Shown piece after piece: positions 46,145 to 55,500 of a DNA stretch of 64,000 nucleotides (positions within the stretch are counted from its first letter, which is position 1; each line of letters starts with the position of its first letter). The stretch is from Deltaproteobacteria bacterium (GTDB lineage Bacteria; Myxococcota_A; Polyangia; Polyangiales; Houyiibacteriaceae). The position numbers and the translations under genes are program-made. The notes below the pieces were generated by a model, which worked only from the letters and a program-made list of their open reading frames with translations, was not told the DNA's origin and searched no databases. The stretch spans positions 1 to 64,000 of the forward strand of contig JAXMNT010000032.1 in NCBI GenBank assembly GCA_034670305.1, in the 5' to 3' direction.

Positions 46145-46810
46145 GCAGGCTGCTGAAGAACGCCCGTTCTCGCAGCCTGCCCCTTGCCCCTGCCCTTGCC
46201 TTTGCCCTTGCCCGTCAGATCGCTTGATCAGCGCGACGAGCATCGCGACGACCTGCCGAGGTGGGCGAGAGCCCGTTCGATAGTTCTTGGGGGCACAGCC
46301 CCCAAACCCCGTCCCGGTGACACCGCTGGCTCGCTTCGCGAGGCTGCACGCTGTCGAATATCGGGCCTCGATGCCTCGGCCCGTCGGTCCGTGATTTCGA
46401 GCCAGGAGACGACCTCGATCGCGCAGCGCCGGGCCATCCGATAGAAGCGGGCCTTCTCCTTGGGACTGAACTCGCCTGCGCCCTCGGCGATATTGTCTCT
46501 CGCGCGGGAGGCTCTGGCTTCCAGAGCCGTTTCCAAGGGCCCTAAGAGAGCCGAAGGCGTCTGGGCCCGCAGGAACCCCGCGAGAGACCAGCAATATCGG
46601 CGACGACGGAAGTCGCAGCGCGATCGATCTGGTCTCGGAGGTGAGCACGGCCTCGCGGGAGCTGCTCAGCGTGCGGCTGCGGAGCTGCGCCGCGTAGCAC
46701 CGACCGATTCGCGGCCTCGCCGTCGCGAAACACACGGCGTCCACGACGCGGGCAAGGGCACGGGCAAGGGCAACGGCAAGGGAGCAGGTCGCTTTTCAGC
46801 GACCTGCTAG
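46145..46810 (-). mobile_element. Putative non-autonomous repeated element: hairpin-(CCCTTG)n-four-helix-bundle remnant-(CAAGGG)n-hairpin-CTAG
   Basis: Both ends recur elsewhere in the window (1-124 and 49895-50002); hexamer arrays at the two ends are inverted; mobility is inferred. Confidence 0.5.
46215..46744 (-). pseudogene. Disrupted four-helix-bundle protein gene (23S rRNA IVS protein/Avd-like family)
   Basis: Fragments in different frames: EQLPRGRAHLRDQIDRAATSVVA / NIAEGAGEFSPKEKARFYRMARRCAIEVVSWLEI / [14 protein letters not shown], split by insertions and frameshifts. Confidence 0.8.
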
Positions 46811-47010
46811 CGAGATGCCCTGCGGAGGGTCGAAGCCGCCGTCCGGTCAGAGTTTGTGCGTCCGGGGTCACTCGACCGTGACAACCTGGCGTCCCGCTGC
46901 GGAGTCGAGGGCGGTACGTGGCTCGTCCACGTCGAAGGCAGGGCGCCCGCCGGCCGATGGCACCACCAAATGCAAGGTGCGGCGGAACGCCGGGTGCAGG
47001 CCCAGCCCGC

Positions 47011-48642
47011 ATGGCAAGAGCAGCGGGTGTGGGTTGGAGAGCGTTGTCGCTGGGCTGCTTCGTGATCGCGTGCGGGCCGACCGAGGTTCGAACGGATGGG
47101 GGTGGAAGGGACGCGTCTGCGGTGGATGCGGCCGTGGACGCGTTGGCAGCAGACGCGCCGGGCACCGACGCGCCCGGCAGCGACGCACCGGGCATCGACG
47201 GGGGCGGCCACGATGCCGGGCGCGCGCCGGTGGACTGTTCGGGTTTGGAAGCGCGCTACGAGGTCTGCAGCGCGGACGCCGACACCTGCGGGGTGGTGTT
47301 CGACGATGGCGCCGGATGCGCGGCGGTGTGCGCGAGCGCCGGACTCGTCTGTCTGTCGGTTCACGAGAACCTCGACGCCGTCTGTGGTCCCGACCTCGAG
47401 CGGCCGGAGCTCACCTGCGCCCCCGAATCCGGACACAGTTCCGACCATTGCCTCTGCGGCCGCGACGAGACGTGTACGCCGAGTTGCGCCGGTCGCACCT
47501 GCGGCTCGGATGGGTGTGGCGGAAGTTGCGGCGGTTGCGCCGATGGCGAGTCGTGTGTCTCGGGCAGCTGCGAAGTCGGCGCCCTCGACTGCGACGCGCT
47601 CCCGTACGACGTCGACGCGCTGCTCTCCGAACGCGTCGGCTTCGGGCGCCGCGCCGCGGGCGGGGATCCCACCAACCTGTACCGGGTCACCACCAACGCA
47701 GCGAGCGGCGCCGGCAGCCTTCGCACTGGGCTCGAAAGCGCCGAGGACTACTGGATCGTGTTCGACATCGGCGCGACCTCCGCGGCGACGATCGATCTCG
47801 GAGAGGATCCGGTGCGCATCCTGTCGAACAAGACGGTGGATGGACGCGGTCGCGACGTGACCATCGACGGCGCGCTGGAGATGCGCAACGGCGTGCGCGA
47901 CGTGATCCTCACCGACCTGCGGCTGACCAACAGCCACGGCCGACGGTGCACACAAGAGGGCGACGTGTTGCTCATCCGCGGCGCCGGGGCCGCCACCCCG
48001 GGCGCGTTCGAGAACCGCGACATCTGGATCCACCACGTCGACTTCTTCCAAGGGGGCGACGGGCTCTTCGATGTGCGCGGTGGCAGCCGAATCACGGTCT
48101 CGTGGTCCGAGTTCCGCGAGCACTCGAAAGGTCTCTTGCTGTCTCAGGCCGCGGCCGATGAGATCGAAGGACGGGAGATGGAGATGACCTTCCATCACAA
48201 CTACTTCAACCGGTTGAGCCGCCGCGGGCCGCGCCTCACCTACGGGCGCGTGCACCACTTCAACAACTACCAGTACGAGTGGTGGGAGTACGGCGCGGCG
48301 AGCGTCTTCGAAGCGCAGTTCCTCAGCGAGAACAACATCTACCAGGCGCGCCCCGGTCGCACCTGCGGGTCCATCTTCAGCCCCTGCACCGACCCCGCGC
48401 CCTGCGGCGACGACGACTACGAAGTCTCCAAACTCGCGGTGTCCAACGACTGGGCCGCCGAGGGCGACCCCGGCTACGTGCGTTCGACCGGCGACTTGCT
48501 GCTGCAGGACGCGGTCGTGCAGGTGCGCTCGCCCGAACGGGTCTTCACACCCGACTACCCGTTCGTCGCCGAGGTGGCGGACACGGCGCTCGCCGCGCGG
48601 GTGCGAGACGGAGCGGGGCCACGCACGTCGTACTGTCGCTGA
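47011..48642 (+). CDS. Lipoprotein with Cys-rich N-terminus and pectate lyase (PL1)-like domain
   Basis: VIAC lipobox; GFG...GG, YRVT, GSLR, SNKTVDGRG, IWIHH, DGLFDV, MTFHHNYF, RGPR, HHFNNY. Confidence 0.85.
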   Translation: MARAAGVGWRALSLGCFVIACGPTEVRTDGGGRDASAVDAAVDALAADAPGTDAPGSDAPGIDGGGHDAGRAPVDCSGLEARYEVCSADADTCGVVFDDGAGCAAVCASAGLVCLSVHENLDAVCGPDLERPELTCAPESGHSSDHCLCGRDETCTPSCAGRTCGSDGCGGSCGGCADGESCVSGSCEVGALDCDALPYDVDALLSERVGFGRRAAGGDPTNLYRVTTNAASGAGSLRTGLESAEDYWIVFDIGATSAATIDLGEDPVRILSNKTVDGRGRDVTIDGALEMRNGVRDVILTDLRLTNSHGRRCTQEGDVLLIRGAGAATPGAFENRDIWIHHVDFFQGGDGLFDVRGGSRITVSWSEFREHSKGLLLSQAAADEIEGREMEMTFHHNYFNRLSRRGPRLTYGRVHHFNNYQYEWWEYGAASVFEAQFLSENNIYQARPGRTCGSIFSPCTDPAPCGDDDYEVSKLAVSNDWAAEGDPGYVRSTGDLLLQDAVVQVRSPERVFTPDYPFVAEVADTALAARVRDGAGPRTSYCR

Positions 48643-48689
48643 CTTCGTTGGCCAGCGTCGACACGGCTCGGCTATCCTGCGCTTGTTCC

Positions 48690-49895
48690 GTGCGACTCCC
48701 TCTCTTGATCGTTCTGCTCTTCGCGGTGCCGGCCTGCGCGCTGAGCGAAGTCGACCTCGAAGGACGCGCCTGCCCTTGTGCCACCGGCTGGACCTGCGAG
48801 GGCGGCGTGTGTGTGCGCGAACCGAGCCAGGACGCCTCGACCGACACCCGCGGCGTGGACGCCCCCTCCTTCGACGCCGCGCGCGACGTCCTGCGCCTCG
48901 ACGTGCCGGAAGGCGTGTGCGGCGCGACCGGCCAACCCTGCTGCGACGGAGCGGAGCGCTGCAACGGCGTGCTCGTCTGCGACACGGACGTCTGCGTGCC
49001 GTGCGGCCGCATGGACGACCCGTGTTGCCTCGGCGACGCGTGTGCCACCGGGTTCTCCTGCGACACGCCCACTGGCCGCTGCCTCGAGTGCGGCGGCCCC
49101 GGCGCGCCTTGTTGCCCCGGCACACCGTGTCCCCGCGGCGGCGAATGCGTGGACGCGCTCTGCGTCGCGTGCGGCAGTGAGATGGGCACCTGCGTGCCCG
49201 GCACCCGCGAGAGCGAAGACTGCGGCAACTGCGGCACGCGCGAGCGGATCTGCAACGAAGGCTGCGGCTTCGGACCGTGGAGCGCGTGTATGGGCGCGGG
49301 CGAATGCGAAGCCGGCACCGTGGACAGCCGCGCCTGCGGCAACTGCGGAACCCAGACCCGGAGCTGCAACGAGTCGTGCCGGTGGGAACTGTTCGGCGCG
49401 TGTTCGGGCGAAGGCGAGTGCGCACCAGGATCCACCGGTGCGTGCGACACCTGCCGCTCGCGCACCTGTTCGAGCGCGTGCACGTGGAGCGCGTGCGACG
49501 TGTGTTCGTGCTCGCCCATCGACAAGTGCACCGCCGGCTGCCCCGCGGGGTACCACTGGAGCGCGTTCCGGTGCACCTCGGAGTGCGGCTCGTGCTCGAG
49601 CGGCGACAACACCATCACCTGCACTCCCAACTGCACGGACAGTTTTCAGATCTGTGGACTCACGTGTCCGAGCACCCACTACCGTTCTTCGATCCAGTGC
49701 CGCGGCGCCTGTGGGGCATGCAGCTCGGGCTACAACTCGGCGACATGCACCGAAGCCACCGCGACCACCGTGACGAGCTGCGGCGCAGGGTGCCCCGACG
49801 GATACACCCAGACCGGGAGCGCCTGCGTGGGCGCGTGTCTGACCCCGTGCGACCCGGGGGTGACCGCCAACGCCGTGACCTGTCGGCGGACCTAG
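48690..49895 (+). CDS. Extremely Cys-rich lipoprotein
   Basis: VPAC lipobox; CGxxGxPCC and CGNCGTxxRxC repeats; GTG start inferred. Confidence 0.8.
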   Translation: MRLPLLIVLLFAVPACALSEVDLEGRACPCATGWTCEGGVCVREPSQDASTDTRGVDAPSFDAARDVLRLDVPEGVCGATGQPCCDGAERCNGVLVCDTDVCVPCGRMDDPCCLGDACATGFSCDTPTGRCLECGGPGAPCCPGTPCPRGGECVDALCVACGSEMGTCVPGTRESEDCGNCGTRERICNEGCGFGPWSACMGAGECEAGTVDSRACGNCGTQTRSCNESCRWELFGACSGEGECAPGSTGACDTCRSRTCSSACTWSACDVCSCSPIDKCTAGCPAGYHWSAFRCTSECGSCSSGDNTITCTPNCTDSFQICGLTCPSTHYRSSIQCRGACGACSSGYNSATCTEATATTVTSCGAGCPDGYTQTGSACVGACLTPCDPGVTANAVTCRRT

Positions 49896-50002
49896 GCCTC
49901 GCGGGAGCTACGCGTCGCGAAACACACGGCGTCCACGACGCGGGCAAGGGCACGGGCAAGGGCAACGGCAAGGGAGCAGGTCGCTTTTCAGCGACCTGCT
50001 AG
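49895..50002. repeat. Partial copy of the element end; 49913-50002 is identical to 46721-46810
   Basis: 90-bp exact direct repeat, preceded by GGCCTCGCGGGAGCT, which also occurs at about 46649. Confidence 0.92.
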
Positions 50003-51087
50003 AGCCCCGGCGCTGGTCCGTATCGAAACGGGAACGACACGCGGAACTCGGCTCGGCGAAAGGGCGGGAGCGTCACCGAACGAAGCACGAACTGAAGACA
50101 GCGGTTCTGATCTGCGGTGAAGGGATTAGGGTCGCGTACGGTGGCGGTCTTGACCCGGCCGTCGCTCGAGAAGACGAAGGTCGCTGCGAACACGCCGCCG
50201 CCCGCGTCCCTCAAACACCCCGCCGCGCGCGGCACGAGCCCCCGCATCGCCGAGCCGACCGACACCCGACTTGGCGACTCGGGCAAGGTGGCCGGCGTGG
50301 CCATCGACGGGGGCGGCGGGCTGGTCGGGAGATGCGGGGGCGGCGGCAGCGCACTCGACGCTGTGCCCGCAAGGCGCACGGGGTAGTTCACCCGGAACAC
50401 GGGTTGACGGAACGGGGGCACCGCGGCGCTTCGAATGATCCCGACGATGCAGCGGGCCAGCGCGGACTCGCGGTCGAGCCGGGACAACGAAACGCTGCTC
50501 ACCGATCCATCCGAAACGAACGTCACCCGCGCGGTGACGACGCCCGAGCCACCGCAACTGCGGGCCCGTTCACTGGCCGGACGAAGCGCACTGGCGACGT
50601 CGTTGCGGGAGGGTGCCTCGGGCGGCTGAGACGCCCGTTGCCGCGCCGTGCGTTCGTCTTCGGCCCGCACCCGGTCGTGGTCGATCCCAAGACTCGGTTC
50701 GGAGAACCGAAGCGACACGGTGGTGCGTGCGCGCCGGCGGGGAAACGGGGTCGTTCCAAGCACGCTCTCGAGGCATGCGTCCGCGGCCACGCTCCCCATG
50801 GAACCGGATGCGATGTCCGCCGAAGCGCTTCCATTGGCACGGACCCTGATGTCCACCGAGAGCGGCCGATCGGGCAGGCCAGAGGAGGGGTCACGGCAGA
50901 GCACCGCGATGCACGGGATCGCAGCGCGGGCCGAGGTCTCCAGGGTCGCCCTTGGCGGTGCTCCGAAGACGGCGCGGCACACGGCCGGCGGCGGTTCGGG
51001 TGCGCCAAGGACTTCGTCCTGCGCTGCCGCGGTCTGCACCCACAACGTGCACGCCAGCAGCGCACACCCCCGAAGCAACGAGTTCAT
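49999..51087 (-). CDS. Exported protein with three AgmX/PglI/TonB-C-terminal-like domains
   Basis: Signal peptide; repeated VTFxSDGxV...CxxxxxR...PPFR...FRVxYP units. Confidence 0.7.
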   Translation of the reverse strand: MNSLLRGCALLACTLWVQTAAAQDEVLGAPEPPPAVCRAVFGAPPRATLETSARAAIPCIAVLCRDPSSGLPDRPLSVDIRVRANGSASADIASGSMGSVAADACLESVLGTTPFPRRRARTTVSLRFSEPSLGIDHDRVRAEDERTARQRASQPPEAPSRNDVASALRPASERARSCGGSGVVTARVTFVSDGSVSSVSLSRLDRESALARCIVGIIRSAAVPPFRQPVFRVNYPVRLAGTASSALPPPPHLPTSPPPPSMATPATLPESPSRVSVGSAMRGLVPRAAGCLRDAGGGVFAATFVFSSDGRVKTATVRDPNPFTADQNRCLQFVLRSVTLPPFRRAEFRVSFPFRYGPAPGL

Positions 51088-51155
51088 GGACGAACGATAA
51101 CCGATGCCCGCAGCCTCGACCCACCGCGTGGCCTGCCGTAGCAACCGGCGCCGGG

Positions 51156-52106
51156 CTACTCGAAGATCTTCGCTGCGCGCGTCTGCAGCTCGTCGTCCAT
51201 CTCCAGCCCGAGCGCGCCCACGTTGTCTTCGAGCTGATCGAGTCGCGTCGCGCCGGTGATCACGCTGCTGATGCCGGGTTGGTTCATCGTCCAGCGAAGC
51301 GCGAGCTGCGCGGGGGTGCAGCCGACCTCTTGGGCGAGCGCGGTGAATGCCCGGAGCTTTTCGCCGTTCTCGAGGGTGAGGATCCGGTCGAGCCACTGCG
51401 AGGTCGCGGCGCGGCTGCCTTCGGGAATGCCGTCGTCGTACTTGCCGGTGAGCGCGCCGCCGGCGAGCGGCGACCACACCACGAGGCCCATGCCGGTGCG
51501 CTTCGCGATCGGCACGATGCGTTTTTCGATCCCGCGGTCGAGCAGGTTGTACATGGGCTGTTCGACGATCGGCGGCGTCCATCCCCGCAGGCGGGTGATG
51601 CCGTGCGCTTTGAGCAGCGTCGCGCCGCCCCAACAGCTCGTGCCCCAGTAGAGAATCTTGCCCATGCGCACCAGATCTTCGAGCGCCCTCAGCGTCTCGT
51701 CGAGCGGCACCTCGGGGTCTTCGCGGTGACAGAAAAAGAGATCGAGGTAGTCGGTGCCGAGCCGTTTCAAGGACGCGTCCACCGATTCGAAGAGGTGTTT
51801 TCGGCTGAGGCCGCGGTCGTTGCTGCCCTTGCTCATCGGCCAGTAGGCCTTGCTGGAGATCACCAGCCGGTGGCGCGCGGTTTTGGCTTCGGAGAGAAAG
51901 TCGCCGACCACGCTCTCGGCTTTGCCGCTCGAGTACACGTCGGCGAGATCGACGTAGTCGATGCCCATGTCGATCGCGGCCGCCAGGATCCGTTTGGCCT
52001 CCGCGTCCGGCACGCTGCCGCCGAACGTCAACCAACCACCGAGGGAGAGCGCGCTGACCCGCAGCCCACTCGACCCCACCATTCGATATTCCATCTCGTG
52101 CGTCAT
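51156..52106 (-). CDS. Aldo/keto reductase (Kv-beta-like)
   Basis: GLRVSALSLGGW, DLADVY, SLKRLGTDYLDL, WSPLAGGALTGKY. Confidence 0.93.
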   Translation of the reverse strand: MTHEMEYRMVGSSGLRVSALSLGGWLTFGGSVPDAEAKRILAAAIDMGIDYVDLADVYSSGKAESVVGDFLSEAKTARHRLVISSKAYWPMSKGSNDRGLSRKHLFESVDASLKRLGTDYLDLFFCHREDPEVPLDETLRALEDLVRMGKILYWGTSCWGGATLLKAHGITRLRGWTPPIVEQPMYNLLDRGIEKRIVPIAKRTGMGLVVWSPLAGGALTGKYDDGIPEGSRAATSQWLDRILTLENGEKLRAFTALAQEVGCTPAQLALRWTMNQPGISSVITGATRLDQLEDNVGALGLEMDDELQTRAAKIFE

Positions 52107-52286
52107 CGACGCCGATACTGCCACACAGACGCCGGCCTGCGCAGGAGGTGCCACCCATGACGGGCGACATAGACGTAGTCCGCGACAGCGATCCCCCCTA
52201 CCCTCGCCGCGTGGTGTTCGCGAAGATCGGAACCGTCCAGTCATGCTGAAGTTCGCCAAGTTCTCCTCATCCCGGCGTGCGCGCTG

Positions 52287-52547
52287 TTGGCCGCCACCAT
52301 GCACCGACTCCAGATCGACGACCGAGCCGCCTACACGAGCAGTCCTTTGATCCTCGTGGAGATGCTGTTGGTTCTGGCGGCGTTGGTCTGGGTGCTGCCG
52401 CAAGTGGTCGCGGTGGGCGTCCTCATCTGGAAACGGGACGAGGCCGGCCGATGGCCTTTCGCGGGCGGTGGCGCCCTACTGGCGCTGCTCGTCGGCACCT
52501 ACGCGGCGTGCGCGATCGACAGTTCGACCATCTTGTACGCCACCTGA
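52287..52547 (+). CDS. Small hypothetical membrane protein
   Basis: Two hydrophobic helices; start uncertain. Confidence 0.4.
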   Translation: MAATMHRLQIDDRAAYTSSPLILVEMLLVLAALVWVLPQVVAVGVLIWKRDEAGRWPFAGGGALLALLVGTYAACAIDSSTILYAT

Positions 52548-52599
52548 CCATCCCCACCGAAGCGCTGGCTTGTGGGCGTGGCTTTGGTATGACCGCGCG

Positions 52600-55500
52600 G
52601 TGTCAGAGGACTACAGCGAAAGCGACATCGCGATCGTCGGAATGGCCGCGCACCTGCCCGGTGCCCGGACGATCGACGACTACTGGACCAACCTCGTGGA
52701 CGGGGTCGAATCCGTACAGCGCTACAGCGATGAAGAACTCATCGAAGCGGGGGTCCCGCGCGCGCACCTTCGGCATCCGCGGTACGTGAAAGCGGCCGCG
52801 GAGCTCCAGGACATGGAGCTCTTCGACGGAGAGTTCTTCGGGTTCAGCCCGAAAGAATCCGCGATCGTCGATCCGCAGCACCGGCACTTTCTCGAGGTCT
52901 GCTGGGAGGCGCTGGAAGACGCTGGGCACCCGCCGTCGAAGTTCGACGGTCCGATTGGGATCTACGGCGGCTGCGGCATGGGCAGCTACTTCTACTTCAA
53001 CCTCTGCAGCAACCCGAACCTCGTCGACTCGGTCGGCATGTTCCTCTTGCGGCACACCGGCAACGACAAAGACTTCCTCGTCACCCGCGTCGCCCACGTG
53101 CTCGACCTGACCGGCCCGGCCGTGAACGTGCAGACCGCCTGCTCTACCTCGCTCGTCGCCGTGCACTACGCGATCCAGTCGCTGATGAACCAGGAGTGCG
53201 ACATGGCGCTCGCGGGCGGGGTGACGATCGAGATCCCGCACCGCCGCGGCTACTTCTTCGAAGAGGGCGAGATCCTCTCGCCGGACGGCCACTGCCACGC
53301 GTTCGATCACCGCAGCCAAGGCACCGTGTTCGGAAGCGGCGCGGGCGCCGTGGTGCTGCGGCGCCTGGAAGACGCACGCGCCGACGGCGACCACATCTAT
53401 GCGGTCATCCGTGCGACCGCGATCAACAACGACGGCGCCAGCAAAGCCGGGTACCTCGCACCCAGCGTGCAAGGACAGGCGACCTGCATCGTCGAAGCCC
53501 ACGCGCTCGCGGACGTCGATCCGCGCAGCATCGGCTACGTGGAGTGCCACGGCACCGGCACCTATCTCGGCGATCCGATCGAGGTCTCGGCGCTGACCGA
53601 AGCGTTCCGCCAAGGCACCGACGACAACCAGTTCTGCGGCATCGGATCGGTCAAGACGAACATCGGTCACCTCGACACCGCCGCCGGCGTGGCCTCGTTG
53701 ATCAAGAGCGCGCTCATCCTCGACCGCGAGATCGTGCCGGCCACGCTCAACTTCGAGAAGCCGAACCCGACGATCGACTTCGAGTCGAGCCCCTTCTACG
53801 TCAACGCGAAACGCAAGGAGTGGAAGCGCGGCCCCGAACCACGCCGGGTCGGCGTCCAGTCGCTCGGTGTCGGCGGCACCAACGCGCACGTCGTGCTGCA
53901 GGAAGCGCCGGCGCCCGCACCCTCCGGACCGTCCGCCCACACCGACCACCTCTTCCTGGTGAGCGCGCGCAACCGCGGCGCGCTGGATCAGACAGCCCAG
54001 AAACTCGCGGACCATCTCGAGACCACCTCGGATCGGCTCGCGGACATCACGCACACCCTCCACGTGGGCCGCCACGAGTTCGAACGTCGACGCGTCGTCG
54101 TCGCGGCCAGCGGTGCGGAAGCGGCCACCCGTCTGCGCGGCAAGGATCCGCGCCGGGTCTTCAACCACGTGGCACTCGACCAGCCGAAGGTGGCGTTCCT
54201 CTTTCCAGGCGGCGGCGCGCAGTACGTCTCGATGGCGAAGGATCTCTACGACCGCGAGCCGGTGTTCCGCGCGGTCATGGACCGCGCGTTCAAGTACCTG
54301 GCCACCAAGGACCTCGACCACGATCCGAAAGCGCTGCTCTTCGGCGAGGTGGACGACGCGGCCGCGCGGCTCGAGAAGCCCGGCTCCCAGCTCTCGATGA
54401 TCTTCTCGGTGAGCTACGGACTCGCGCTGCTCTTCGAAGATCGCGGCGTGGTGCCGGACGCGATGACCGGACACTCGATGGGCGAGTACGTCGCGGCGTG
54501 TTTGGCGGGTGTGTTCTCGTTCGAGGACGCGCTCGGGCTCGTGCTCCTGCGCGGGCAGCTGATGGACCGGGTCGAGGTCGGCGCGATGCTCTCGGTCCCG
54601 CTCACCGAAGAGGCCATCGCCCCGCTGCTCGGTGCGGACTTGGATCTGGCGGGCGTGAACGCGCCCGACCTGATGCTCGTCAGCGGACCGGTACCCGCGA
54701 TCGAAGCGCTCGAGGAGACGCTCCAAGCACAAGACATCGAACCGCAACGGGTGCGCATCGACCGCGCCGCGCACTCGCGCATGTTCGATCCGATCCTCGA
54801 AGACTTCCGCGCGTACATCTCCAAGATGAAGCTGCAGCCGCCGACGAAACGGTTCGTCTCCAGCAACACCGGCACCTGGATCACGCCCGCGCAGGCCACC
54901 GATCCGAACTACTGGACACGCCACTTGCGCGAGACGGTCCGGTTCAGCGATGCCATCGACACACTCGCCGCGGACGCGCCGATGATCTTCGTCGAGGTCG
55001 GCCCCGGCCGCGCGATGAGCGCGTTCGCCAAAGCCAACCCGCGGGTCGACGCACAGACCGTGGTCAACGCGCTTCGGCACCGCGACGAAGTCGTCGCCGA
55101 CGACGTGTTCTTCCTCGAAGCGATCGGCCGCTTGTGGGCGCTCGGCCTCTTCTCGAACCTGGACGAAGACGCGGACAACCCGCTCGACCAGCTCTGGGCC
55201 GGAGAGACCCGCCGACGGGTGCGCTTGCCGACCTACGCGTTCCAGCGCCAGCACTACTTCATCGAACCGGGCGTCTCGAGCGGTGCGGCCGCCGCGCCCG
55301 AAGTCACGCGCCACGAGGAAGTCGCGGACTTCGGCTACGAACCCTACTACCGGCCGGTCGCGGCCGAGCCCGCCCACACCTCCGCCGATGCGCGCGACGC
55401 GGAACGGTTCCTGGTGTTCCTCGACGACGCCGGGGTCGGCAAACGACTCGTCGCGGCGCTGCGTACACGCGGCGACCAGGTCACCACGGTGCGACCGGGC

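Noticed and set aside
46215-46744. Diversity-generating retroelement (Avd-like gene)
   Set aside because: No reverse transcriptase and no template/variable repeat pair with adenine-specific differences were seen.
46721-50002. Composite transposon
   Set aside because: No transposase or integrase in or near the repeats; kept only as a direct-repeat observation.
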